Source of the DNA: Vicugna vicugna
Taxonomy: Eukaryota
Direction: 5' to 3'
Length of the DNA stretch: 64,000 bases
NCBI GenBank assembly: GCA_013265495.1
Contig: MU057701.1
Location: forward strand, 682,001 to 746,000
In this document: piece after piece, positions 14,008 through 26,070 of the stretch
Position numbering within the stretch: the stretch's first letter is position 1
How the letters are laid out: each line of letters begins with the position of its first letter
Translations under genes and position numbers: made by a program
The notes under the pieces: model-generated
Databases searched by the model: none
The model's input: only the letters and a program-made list of their open reading frames with translations
Told to the model about the DNA's origin: nothing

Positions 14008-14221
14008 AAGATCCATTAGTAAGCAATATTCCTGCCATAGATTCTTGTTTGGAAATAGAAGCTAATATCTTCCAGGGATTCGGGAGGTACTTCTTTGAAG
14101 TGGAGTGGAGGGGTTGGTGTTGTCTAATAAAGATCCATTAGTAAGCAATATTCCTGCCATAGATTCTTGTTTGGAAATAGAAGCTAATATCTTCCAGGGA
14201 TTCGGGAGGTACTTCTTGAAG
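14008..14221. repeat. Direct duplication of an 88-bp perfect unit (14008-14095 and 14130-14217), offset 122 bp
   Basis: aagatccattagtaagcaatattcc...cgggaggtacttctt occurs twice with no mismatch. Confidence 0.95.
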
Positions 14222-15018
14222 ACCTACAAGCCTCTCCTAAAGTCTCTAATCATAGGGAGATTAATTATTTACTGGAAATTAAGACTCTTTGTAACCTCAA
14301 GCTTGGAGAGGGTGTTGAGGTCCTCAAAGTGATTTTTTGTGTGTGGCTTTGTTCAGGTGCTGGGGACACCACCCTGAAATGTTGACTACAGCAGTACTTG
14401 GTACTTCATGGACTTTGATGTGAGAATCAGTGTTGTATCAAAGCAGTAGTCCAGAGTTTGACCTGAAAGCTACCTAAGTAGATTCTACTGCAATCTCAGC
14501 AGAAAAGCTCCAAGTCTTTGGGGAGTTCCCAATGACAGCTGCTCAGGACGTACATTTCTAGGTAGCAGGAGGAGAACCAGATTCCAATTTCTTCTTTCTG
14601 GAAAAAAATTAGGAAGCAGTTTTGATTGATATTTATCTTCTCGATTGGGTGCCAAGAGGCAGCCTTTTATCACTGGAGGAGGCTGGTTGTGAAGCCTGGA
14701 GACTTGCCCTGAATCTGAACTTCTCAGCTGACTGGCTGTGTGACCGTGGGCAAAGCTCTTTACTTCTTTGAGCCTTTTCTCATCTGAAAATTGTAAATAA
14801 TAATACTATCCTGATCATGTAGTTGTTGAGTCAACCTAAATGACTCCTCTCCCTAGCTTTACAGTCTGTTCTTTGTTTTATAGCAAATACTTTATTCCAC
14901 CTTGGATTTTTGAGACTAGCTTCCCACTACGTGGGCAGGAACTCCTTAAGGGCAGGAACTCAGCCCTCCTAATCTATGCGGCCACAAAAGCCAAGGGCAC
15001 CATTTTGCATGCAATGGG

Positions 15019-15704
15019 TGTTTTAGTTGGGGCCCAATCAGGAAGCATAAATCACACAATAATTTGAACAGGGAGAGTGTAACGTAAGGAATTATTAAAC
15101 TTTGACAGGAGTAACTATAAAACTGTAAAGAGAAATCTAAAGGTTACCTAAGGCTGAGGGAGTGTACACAAGGAGGAACAAACTTGGAAGGGTCCACCTC
15201 TATGGCCAGGGCCCAGGCTTCCTTGCAGAAGTTGTGGTTGTAGCCCACTGGATGGCAGAGAAGTTTGCTTGGTTTCCTGGACCAGAGCTGGTCCACAGTT
15301 GCTGGGCAGCAGAAATCAGTCCTCTGGGTACAGGTGAGATGAGACTGGTGGGCAGGTACACAGAGTCAGGGCGCCACTGGCAATGCAAGGCCTGGAGCGC
15401 ATGGTGTCTACATCGGAAGGGCCACGGGGAAGGCCAGGACTCCAAGGTCACCAAGCAACCATGCCCCCTGGGCATGCAGCTTGGACAGAGCACCACTGAG
15501 TGTCCCCTCCACTGACAGATTCTGCAGCAGGAATAAGATCCAAACCAGAAAGAGAAGCCCCCTTCTCCCTGCAGGGTCCCTCTAAGCCACGGCCTAATGA
15601 CACACTCGCTGTAGTGAGGTGCTCACAGGGTCCAGTCTGCCATCTCAGAGCAGAGACTCAAGGGTGAATCAGGAGCTGAAGGGCAATAAAGTACTAATGC
15701 GACA
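15019..15704. mobile_element. Complete ERVL-class solo LTR (LTR40/41-like), 686 bp
   Basis: TG...CA termini and a perfect 5-bp TSD ATGGG (15014-15018 and 15705-15709). A 5-bp TSD is typical of ERVL/MaLR. Confidence 0.8.
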
Positions 15705-17465
15705 ATGGGTGATCCGAAAGTATCTGAATTAAATCAGACAAAGCTACCTCATCAGTCAATAACTTCCTTGACCCCTGTTGTACTTCCCCTTCTTTCAGTC
15801 CCGTAAATTTTACCACCAATAAATGTCAAACCTCTCTAACTTCGCTTGTAATTTACCGTCTAGAAGTTCATTTCCCTCGGGGGTGTTCCATTCTGTTTTG
15901 TTTTCTTAACGAGGCACATACCTTCTCTTGCACACACTTAAAAGAGACTCATGCCAGAGAGAGAGAGAGAAAAACACTCACACAAACCACCTGAGACCCA
16001 GTGTTTCATTTCACAATGTGTTTCTCCACTCAGACTCGAACTTGGTTTCTCACTATCTCTCCATTTCATTTCAAAGCAATCTACGCGTCCCTCCCAAACA
16101 CTGAGAGTGTCCCCAAGCGTTTGATTTCAAGTGGCTGAGGAAGGAATCAGAGCTGATCCAAGAGCCAGTTTTTCTCTGCCTGTAAGGAAAATGCAGTGGC
16201 CACCTCAGGTCAGAATGGGGAGTTAATCTCCTTGAACAGATCTGAAGGGTCCTGTCTCCCACCATTTCAGAAGAAAATCGGGGACAGAACAAACAGCAGA
16301 CTAGGAGGATAAATACCAGCACAAATATTATTCAGAAGGCGTTTGGAACGGACTAATAGTTTCAACCCAAGAACCAAACCAGGGAGAGTTTAACGTGTTA
16401 AGAGTCCTGCAGATGCTGTCCCGTGGGAGATTGTGTTGTTAACAGGCACCAAATTTGTATCCAGACAGCATTCTTAGGCATCAGCCACCCTGTTCTTCCA
16501 AAATATTTCATTCTCTTCAAGAGAGTCAGATTTAATTAAATCCTAGTGGATGACTCCCCAGTTTATTCCCCTGCTGAACAGTGAGCTAGGGATACAGTTA
16601 AGACTGTCTCCAAGGATGAAGTGATTTTGCAAACTTAATCTGTTTACTATCCTTCAGAAGGACCAGGAAGATCAACCCTTTAGATCAGAAAAAAATGGTT
16701 AACGGGAAAAACTGGAGAAACTAAATCTTTCCACGGAAATGTGTATCTATATGTATGGCTGTCTTACATATTTTTTTGCAAGCGATGGACATTCTGGGCC
16801 AATGGAACCTGGCATAGATTGGCAGGAAGCCATCTCAGTATCTCTTCAGGCTCTACCTTCTTACCACTCTGGGCACCAAGGACATCGTGCTCTTAAATGA
16901 TCAAGAATAATACACTGGATAATGGGGTTATGGACGATCTTTATTTTCTTCTTTTTGTTTATCTGTATTTTCTGCGATGGGCATGTATTATTTCTGAAAT
17001 TAAATATATGTAAACGTTTTAATGAAAAAAAAAAACCCACATTTTTTTTCTCTAAATCTCGGGCTATATTACTGCTTTTTGTCTCATATCCAGCCAGACC
17101 CTTTCTAGCCTCTTCCCTCCCCCCGTTCAGATGAGCTGCCAAAAATCAGCAGACCATTTTTGGAAGAGATTTATTTCTTCACTCTTGAATTTCTAAAAAC
17201 AGCCTGCTTTTTCTTCTTCCCTCACCAAGCGGTGATTGATGCTACACCTGCCTCTGATGTGACAAAATGTAAGCGATGAATAAAAGCTTCTCATGATTCT
17301 TGCACATTCTGAGGCAGGCGGAAAGCTCTAGCCAGAGGCACCGAGCCATGTGAAGATGCTCTGTGGGGTGTTATTCCGCCTCAAGCACCGTTGGGCCAAC
17401 CCGTGGGCACCTTGACGATCTCACCTGCTATCACTAACCTTTGATATGTTGCTCTGCTCTTTCAG

Positions 17466-17561
17466 ATTTTTGACAATGAAGCCAAAGACCTGGAGAGAGA
17501 AGTTTGCTTTATCGATATTGCCTGCGATGAAATTCCAGAACGTTACTACAAAGAATCTGAG
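17466..17561 (+). CDS. PITPNC1: PITPNC1 internal coding exon (96 nt, ~residues 123-154; exon 6 by human numbering)
   Basis: Flanked by tttcAG and GTGAGC. Translates to IFDNEAKDLEREVCFIDIACDEIPERYYKESE, which matches the RdgB-beta PITP domain. Consensus branch point CACTAAC at 17432-17438. Phase 0/0. Confidence 0.97.
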
Positions 17562-19239
17562 GTGAGCGATAGCTGGGGTGACATGTGGGAGAGAGTCATT
17601 CATTCATTCAACAAACATTTATTAAGTCTGCCCTGACCTGGGAGGCTTCCATATGTCTTTGTGTTGATTCAATTTGGTTTCACATCTTGCTGGATTCTTT
17701 ACTGTGAGTCTCAAAATTAAGTCCCTACTTCTCAGGGCCCGTTGTTAACCCCGGCAGCCACTCAATTTCAATTTCGTCTTCCTGTCTCCCCAGCTCTGCC
17801 ACCATTCTGGGCCGTGAAATATTCACAAGGCTGAACCACCCAACACCCTGGCCTCCCTAAAATACAGCAGCCACCTCCAGCTTCCTGTTTGGCCAGGTCT
17901 CTGCCCAGCCTGCCTTCCCCTCTGCAGAGGATGGGTTTTATTTGTAACTTTGGGGTCTAACACAAAAAAGATGCCCAATCAATCCTCCTTGGGTGAATAT
18001 TGACACTTGGACAGCTCATGTCTGCACAGAACCTTTCTCTCAAAACAGGAAGTGCCTTCGTGAAACTCTCTTCTTTTTCATCTTCACTGAGACTAAATTT
18101 AAGAGAATATCTTTCTCTAAGTCTTCCACCTACTAGGATCTCCTGTTTGCCTCAGTGCAACCTTTTTATTTTACCGTTGGTGCAAGTCACCATTTATATC
18201 CTGTTAGTATTTTATTAACGGCTGCTGACGGAACTTGGGTGACCCCCTTGTAAATAACGTCCCAGCCCTACAAGGACAACAGTTGCTGGGCTATTTTTGC
18301 TGTTTAGCAACATGCAGCCAATCACAGCATGTTTGGACTCAGGGCTCGAGTCTCGTCCTTGAGCTGTAACACATGGACCTTAAAACTCTTCGCTCAAATT
18401 CCCGAGGGCTGATTTAAGACATAATAAATAAACCCAGTAAAAATTAATTCTACCGTGACACACACTGGGCTCCCAATGTGGTTCAGGTTTTTCTGTCTCC
18501 ACATTTTGGGATTCGTTTGGATATCAAAGTCTAACCTGATCTTAGCAAAGGCTTAGCTGCTTAATTGCAGGCGTGTGCTCTGCAGCTGCCGTCCCTTCAA
18601 AGACTGGGAGAGGCCGATGTGAATTACTCTCAGTGTGACTCAAAGGTTGAGCTTTTGAATGTCATCGATTTACATTACACTCTGCAGCCAGGCACACTCG
18701 TGAATTTTCAGAGAAACAAAGTAAAATGCTGTCTGCATAACTGTGGTCCTCCTCAAGAAGGCTTTGATGGTGTGCAAACCATCATAATGCACTGGGTGGA
18801 GCTGCTGCCCCCTCACTCCGTGGCTCCTTGGCCCTGGGAGTCTGCTGTCTTACCCCGACATCCTTGCCTCTTTGGGAGCACAGGCCTTCTAGAAAGGCAG
18901 TGTTGCCAGAAAACTCTGAACTACTTGCAGCTCTTCCCCTTAGATAGCTTTGGTGTGGTCCTGCCTGGCACTCAGGGAGTTTCCTCCTGATTCGGTGGAA
19001 AGTCTTAGGACGAGTATGAAATACTGATGATGAAATCAACAAGTCTCATTTCTGGTCGTTGGGTGCCTGACTCATCTCCCAGTGCTTTGCTTTTATACTT
19101 CCAAGAAACACCACCAGAAGCTTCTTTTCACTTACACAGATATTCAAGGAGAATTTTTTCATGCTTCGCAGTCATTCATTTTCCTGGGTCATAAAGTATT
19201 CTTTTCTAGATGCAGTCTGACCAAGGAAATGAGGGGTGA

Positions 19240-20470
19240 ATAGTCATTCATCCAGTAAATATGTTCTGAGTAATCTCTTGAGTGTCACAGACAATATTTA
19301 GATGGTGACATGGCTTTGAGCAGAAGAGACACTGAGGGTCTCTTCTCCAGGACACTTCCAATCTATCAGGGGGGAGCTAAACAATAAAGAGATAATCACA
19401 TGAGTACATACAGAGTTAGAAGTCACACGTGCCATAAGGAAGCAGGCAGGGAGAGACCGTGATAGGGAAACCGAATTTAAGAGGATGAGATTAGGAGCGA
19501 TGTCCAGGAAGAGATGACACGCTGGGGCCCATAGGATGAAAAGAGCTAGGGAACAGTGCTCCCGGTGAAGGTGACAGCATGTGCGGGGGTCCCAAAGTGA
19601 CACATGTGAGGAGGCAAAAGAAGGCCAGCATGGCGGCAGCAGCAGAAACAAAAGGAAAAATGACACAAGGGGAGGTTGGATAGGAGGATGGGGCCATGCT
19701 GAGACACTTAGATTTTATTCAAGTACAGTAGAATGCACTCAGAGTTTATACAGTGGAATGCTTTGGAAGAAATTAAACCTGGGCATCATGTGATCTGATT
19801 TGTGCTTTTGAAAGTAGCTCTGGATGGAGAATGGACTGAGTGGGAGCAGAGTGGATGTCAGGAAACCACTGAGGTCATCGGACTTATCTACACTGTTGGT
19901 TATTTAGGTTCTATGGTAGTTTGAACTGGAGAGCTGAGAGCAGGTGGTTTTGAGGAATATGTTGAAGATGGAATTGACAGGGATTGGTCATGGACCAGAT
20001 ATGAAGATGAGAGAAAAGGAAGAGTCGGGATGACCTTAGGGTTTATGGCTTGGACAACAGATAGGTGGGGGTGAGAAGAGGAAGGGATTTTGGAGAAAGA
20101 TGGGCGGATTCTGTGATGCCAATGAGCCATGTAGAACAAACAGAAATGAGTCTGGAGCTTAGACAAGGAATCTGGGCTTGGAGACAAATTGGGGAGTATT
20201 TGACAAATAGACGAATTTAAGATTCTGAGGATGAATGAGGGAGAAAGCATACAGTATAATGGGAGAGCGATTCGGGACCAAGCAAAAAAGTCAGTATTTG
20301 GAGATCAGGAGGAGGATGGGGAAGCTCCAGGAACCTACAAAGAACTGGCCAGGCAGTTAGAAGGAAAACAAGGAGAGTGCGCCAAGGAATGCAGGTTCCA
20401 AGAGAAGTGGGAGATCAGTTTGCTGAATGCTGCTGAGCAATCCAGTAAGATGAGAATGGAAAACTGCCTC
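19240..20470. mobile_element. Extended degraded L2 fragments
   Basis: tcattcatccagtaaatat L2 tail followed by purine-rich L2 ORF2/3' text (ttggaggaat..., tgctgaatgctgctgag...agtaagatgag). Confidence 0.7.
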
Positions 20471-20475
20471 TAAGA

Positions 20476-20650
20476 GCCATGGCTTTCGCCTGGGGGTGAT
20501 CTTGCCCCATGAGAACGTTTTTGGCCGTCACAACTTGGGGGTGCTACCAGCCACTAACCAAATCCTATAAGGAACAGGACAGCACCCCTCCCCCACAACA
20601 AAGAATTATCTGGCCTCAAATGTCATTATGCCAAAGCTAGGAAACCCCGC
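20476..20650 (+). mobile_element. MER20 (hAT-Charlie), internally deleted
   Basis: gtcacaacttgggggtgctac...cccacaacaaagaattatctggcctcaaatgtc. Confidence 0.75.
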
Positions 20651-21129
20651 CCTTGAGGAAAAGGTCATTGGAGATGAACGAAGTCTAGTTTGAGCTCTCA
20701 CACTGAGTCACCCCTGCCTGCCTTATGGTTACTTAACGGATGTGAAGAAAGGGGCCCCAGAGGTCTCAGCCCTGCACACTGTTTGTCAGGCATGACTTGC
20801 CAGAGGACTGGCAGCCTACCTTGCAGGGAGAATTTTTTCTCACTCACTCTGGCAGTTAGACCGCAAAGGAAAAGGCATAGTTGGGACCCTGCGAAAAAAA
20901 TCATAGGAAAAGTCTTCTTCATGGGACTCCCTTGTGACCCAACCGCACCATCATTCAACTTCCAGAATCCAGTATGAACCCACCAGGAGAGAGAGAAGCA
21001 CTGTCCTAGCCTGTCTGGTTGGGTGTCGTTGCCAGGGACTAAGAGGAAGGGAAATAACCGGTACAGAAGGCAAGCCATTTCCAAATAAATCTCTCCTCCG
21101 TGCACCAAGTAATTAACATCCTTCTCCCC

Positions 21130-21540
21130 ACCATAAGAGTTTCCTCCTAAAATGAAATCTGACCGTGTCGTTTTCTGCTTAAAACCCTTCACTGGCCAGG
21201 GGGGAAGCCGGGTCCCTTAGCATGGCCCTCTGCCTTCTCCGCTCTCCGGCCCTCCTCACCCCCGTGCCTCTCAGTTGGGAAGCTTCCAGTTACGCCTCTT
21301 TAGACTTCAGTTCAAACCTGACATTCCCTCTGGGGGCTTTTCTACGTGCCCTGTTCCCTGCTCGCTGGCAGCAGAGTTCTGGTCTGGCTTCTAGATCATG
21401 CTAGCTCACGCTAGCTCACGGCTGCATATTGAGCTCCAGGAAGACAAGAGCTGTCTTCTTGATCCCCATACCCCGGAAGCTAGCATGGCGCCCGCACGTA
21501 GCAGCTGCTCACAGAACGGCTGTCGAATGAATAAGTGAAA
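21130..21540. mobile_element. L2 3' fragment
   Basis: ctgcttaaaacccttcactgg ... tagcatggcgcccgcacgtagcagctgctc...gaatgaat. Confidence 0.55.
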
Positions 21541-22949
21541 GCCATGGGCTTTCTTTTTCCCTTCTAGCAGCGAGAATTTCAGGGAAAGCATGATCACAGA
21601 AAATGGCATTTGTTGCCATTAAGCTAATAGTTGTGAATCAGAGTTCCTTTTTTTTTTTTTTAATCTGAAACCAACAGCTTTATGGGCTTTTTCTTCTGAT
21701 CCATCTTCGTAAGTTGACTGTGTCAGCATCATAAATAGGAGCACATTTTCTGTGGAGAAAGCCAAAATGCTGGTGGGCTCAATCTGTCCTGAGATTTCTG
21801 ATACTTAGGCATTCAAACCGGGGTTATCTGGGTCACCTCTCAGCTCCCATCACCCACCCACCGCCATCCAGGCTAACAGGGGATTGAAGTACTTTCTTTC
21901 CTTTTTCCCTTTCTCCCTGGAAACCTCCAAACCACATGAGAGGCAAGAATTCCTCTCTCGTTAAAATGACTGGAGCTGGAAATTTTCCGCTGGACACCCT
22001 CTGCTTGGTGGCCCTCGTGGCACCACTAACCAGAGATGCAGAAGGATGCTCTGGAGACAGAATCAGCTGCTGGCCCGCCTGGCGCCCTCTTGATCCTCAT
22101 CTTGCAGCGCTGCTGTTTGCCATCCACAGCAGGGGCCTGAGCTGCCCCTCCCAAGAGCCTCTTAGCCTCAGATTTTGCTCTCATATGAATGGCAGGACTC
22201 TGCAGGGCAGTGCTGCCTTGTTTCAAAAACAAAAAGACAAAACAAAACAAGATCCGTGTGATTTCTCAGGCACAGAGAACAGCTCCTTGAGTCTCAGCCC
22301 CACCAAGGCCCTGCCCCCGTCACACTCACAAATCTCTTTGCACCAAGTCACATTAGCACCACCAGAGCAGCAAAGACGAAGGGAAGCCAAAGTCTGAGCA
22401 GGCTGTACTTGTTGTGTGGTTGATACGCGGGTTCTTTCCTCTGCCAAGATTTCCATCCCTTTGCTGCTCTGCCAAGATTTCAAGGTGAAGAGCCCAGCGC
22501 AGGAATGAGAAACTTCGTACGATAAGTCATAGCATGCCCTCAGAGGACACAGGCGGTGAGCCTGGGCCTGCAGAGCTGAGCTGGCCATTTGGGATGCAGG
22601 AACTAATCTCAACACCCAGCCTCCAGAGCGAGTCCCGCCTAGACAGCATCTAGAAGTCAGTCGTAGGGAGCTCTAGCTCAGAGGCCTTTGGTGTTGGCTG
22701 AAGGCCAGCACTCTTCCTCCTGGGCTCACTGCAGTCGATTATGAGGCTTGGCGTCAGTTACAAGAACGGGGTGACCAGGGAAATGGCGTCTCTAGTGGCC
22801 TCCTAGTTGCTGCCCCCCCCCCGCAGCTATCCCCCAGAGACACGAAAGTGGAGGCACACACAGCTCCTAATTGTTCAGATGTGCCTTGAGTAGAAAGGGG
22901 GAAAAGGAAAAAGGAAACATGATTTTCTGGTGGAGGAGATGTTTCATGC

Positions 22950-23063
22950 TTTTTTTTAAATCAACATCATTTCTTTTTTTTTTAATGGAGGTACTAGGGT
23001 TGAACCCAGGACCTTCTGCATGCTAAGCATGTGCTCTACCACTGAGCTATATACCTACCTTCC
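22950..23063 (-). mobile_element. tRNA-derived SINE, camelid-type (Vic-1-like)
   Basis: Reverse complement reads gtatatagctcagtggtagagcacatgcttagcatgcagaaggtcctgggttcaaccctagtacctccattaaaa, with A box, B box and A-tail. Homologous to the copy at 63263. Confidence 0.85.
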
Positions 23064-23123
23064 TGTGCTTAGCTTTTTTTAATCTTCAATGATTTATGTA
23101 AAGCCAAGGGGGAGTCTATAGAC

Positions 23124-23338
23124 CAGTGGTTTTCCACTAGGGCCAATTTTGCCCCCCAGCGGCCCTCTGGCAATGTCTGGAGGTATTTTTGATTGTCTCC
23201 ACTGGTGGGGAGTTGTTTGCTATGGCATCTGGTGAGTAGAGGCCAGGGATGCTGTTAAACACCCTACAATGCACAGGATGGCCCCCACAACAGAGAATTA
23301 TCCAGCCCAAAATGCCCACCGTGGTGACGTCTCCACTG
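23124..23338 (+). mobile_element. Near full-length MER20
   Basis: CAGTGG...CTG termini; internal ggcatctggtgagtagaggccagggatgctgttaaacaccctacaatgcacagga matches the MER20 consensus. Confidence 0.88.
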
Positions 23339-25379
23339 TAGACCAACCCAAGGACACGGAATTCAGTAAAACCTTATTAGGAGCAGAACTCGTTGACTAA
23401 TTTCCTTAGTGTGCATTTATTAAGTACCTACTGTGTGCCAGGCTCTGTGCTAGGCACTGAAACTACAAAGGCCACGATTATGCCTAGTCTCCACTACCCT
23501 ATGAACTTGATCTTTTATATATATTTATATATATATAAAGAAAATTCCTCTTTCTCTTCGCTTTGGAAGATACAAAAGAAGTCTCCATTTTATCAGTGAT
23601 AAATAGAGCATAATAATTCTAACAGAAAAATTAGGGAAATTTACAATGCTTTGAACTCGGGTAGCAATGAAGGAATACGTGAGACTCTCCCAGAAGCACA
23701 CACCCCGGAGGTGGTATAAGTGAATGTAGTGGGGTGCCGGGGGAGTTTTTAGGCAGGATTTGATTCAGAGCCTTCCCGCTGAGTTGGGTGACTAAGGGGA
23801 CTCTTTGGAACTCACCCCTAGGCTCCTGGATTATAGAGTTTTACTGGACTAAGAAATCCTTGGCAGCCAGTTCATTGGTCACACCAACCTAAATATCCCC
23901 TAAATTGTCTCTTAAGGGAAAGGGAAAGGAACAGAGAGATACATCTAACTTTCCCTGTAACTGTCAAGGGTGAGAGACTAAATGCTGTTTGCTAAGGCCA
24001 ACGGGCCCCCAGAAAGAGAACAGAGAGATGAAATGAGTAAATATTGTCTGTCGTACTTAGCTGTACCCTTCAGTGCAAAGTGCTGTCTCCAAACCACTCT
24101 GCTCCCTCAAATTAAAAGTATTTTCATGATGGTCTACATCTTGGCGGTTGAGGGTGGTAAAAATTTTCAATTATCTCCAAATGGCCAGATTTAACCCAGC
24201 TGCCTCCTGCTGGGGTATGTGGTGGAGTTCAGTTTGTTGTTGTATTGTTATTGTCATTTTTCCCCCTTTTCCCTCCGTCCATCTTTTTCTTTCTGAGAAT
24301 AACACAGCTGTTTTGTGATGGGTTCCAATTTACTGGGGCTGGGCGCTCCTTGGATAATAAGAGGACTGGCTGCCCCGCTGGTGTGGGGCAAAGCCTCCAC
24401 TGCCAACAAGGTCACCGGTGATAGCCTCCAAAGCGAGGGCAGAAGCCTGCAAGGAGATGGACAGTGGAAGGGTCCCCAGCAGCTGCTCCCTCGCAGGCCC
24501 TGAGCCTCTCCCTTCGCAGGGTCCCCATGAGGCCAGTGCTGTTAGAGAGGCTGGCTCGCCATGTTGGCCTCTAGGAGTGGTCGGAGCAGTCAGTGAGGAA
24601 GGAAAGCCATTGGGAGGAAATTTTTCAGCACAGGTTCTCTTACCTGCTTCCTTGGAAGCCCAAGCAACAACACAAAGGCCATTTCCCCAGGGGCCTGCCC
24701 TCCAGTGGTCCCAAGAGGAGAGCAGCATGGTAACTTCAGTGTCATTACAAATGCCCTCCTGATCTGCAGGGAGAGTGTGAGTGATCTCCTGGGAACGGGC
24801 TTTCTTTTTCTTTCTCCCTGCCCCCCAGCCCCCTTTACAAGTTGGACGACATCCTGTCCATCAATCCAGGTTGATGGCATTAGAAAGGCAGTGGGTGTCC
24901 GGCCCAGAGAGAGGCTTAGGTGATATTTGAGTGGCTTCCTTTGTGTGGGAGTGGGGATCCGGTCAGCCTGGCCGGGGAGCCTCTGTCCCAGCAAGGCTGG
25001 AGAGGAGTTCTGCCCTTCCTCTGATCTTCGAGAACATAACGCTTTGTGAAGACACAGTGCAAGACACTGGGTGGGGACATAGTCTGTGGGGTAAAACGAA
25101 AGGCGGGACACCCTCACCTTTAAGAAGCCTGGTTGGGAGGATATGGTCTGACCCACAGGCTAAATGACAGCACAGCCCGAGGCAGCAGGAGAACTGCCTT
25201 CTCATCACGCAGGATTCACTCCCCTGAAACTCCTGTGCTCCACCGTCACCACAGCTCCGCAAACAGAAGTGGTCAGGGCAGGCTTTACAGGAGTGTGGTG
25301 GAATCTGAACTGGGCCCTTAAACGCTGTTTATCTTTCCTGTTTTATCTGTTCACACAGTAATTCGTGATCCTTTAAAAA

Positions 25380-26070
25380 AAAAAATTCCAATGTGATATA
25401 AATATGTAACGTTGAAAAAGCAAATGTCCTAAGATGCCTCATCACAGAGACAGGTGTCGTTAAAGTTGGTGTTTATGGTGTTCAGACTTCAATGTAATGC
25501 ATACATAACATTATTTCATAAGAATGAGCTCACACAGTGCAACTTTGCAGCTGCATTTTCTCACTAATGCTATAAAGCTTGCCATCTTTCCGGGGCAGCA
25601 CACATCTCTCCAGCAGGCTTTGTAATGGCTGTATAATGTGCCATTGCATGATTATGCCATTCTCCGTTTGGTGGCCATTTAGGGTATTTCCATTCTTTCG
25701 CTATTACAGTACCAGAAACATCCTCATGCTATTTTTTTTTTGGTACTGTTTTAATATTTCTGTAGAATATGTTCTAAAAGTGAACATTGTTGAGTCAATG
25801 GGTACATGGGTTTAAATCTTGTTAGAAAGAGCCAAATTGTCCCTACTCCAAAGCTATATTAAATGACCCTCTGATCCACACTTGTGTGGGAGCACACTGA
25901 ATTTTAAAGAAGTGGTATTGAAAAGCAGTGTAGTAAGTGAGAGCAAAAACAGTGAGAACGTAGGGGGTTCCACCGCATGTTTGAGGGTCCGTGAGCGACT
26001 GACTGAAACAGAAAAGAAGAGCCTTGAATACCGAGCCAAGGAATTTGGATTTTATTCAGCAAGTAGCCGA
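25380..26070. mobile_element. Old antisense L1ME-like fragment followed by an L2 fragment
   Basis: ttttcactaat...ttgttgagtcaatgggta...gccaaattgtcc, then gccttgaataccgagccaaggaatttggattttattc. Confidence 0.55.

Noticed and set aside
14008..14221. Repeat-spacer-repeat layout superficially like a CRISPR array
   Set aside because: Only two units, an 88-bp repeat, mammalian intron context and no cas genes.
1..17465. Search for upstream PITPNC1 exons (e.g. one encoding CSFLPKFSIHIETKYEDNKGS)
   Set aside because: Not found by eye; this stretch appears to be entirely intron, with earlier exons upstream of the window.
22784..22802. Possible CTCF site (minus strand GGCCACTAGAGACGCC)
   Set aside because: Lacks the essential GGC at the core 3' end; weak match.
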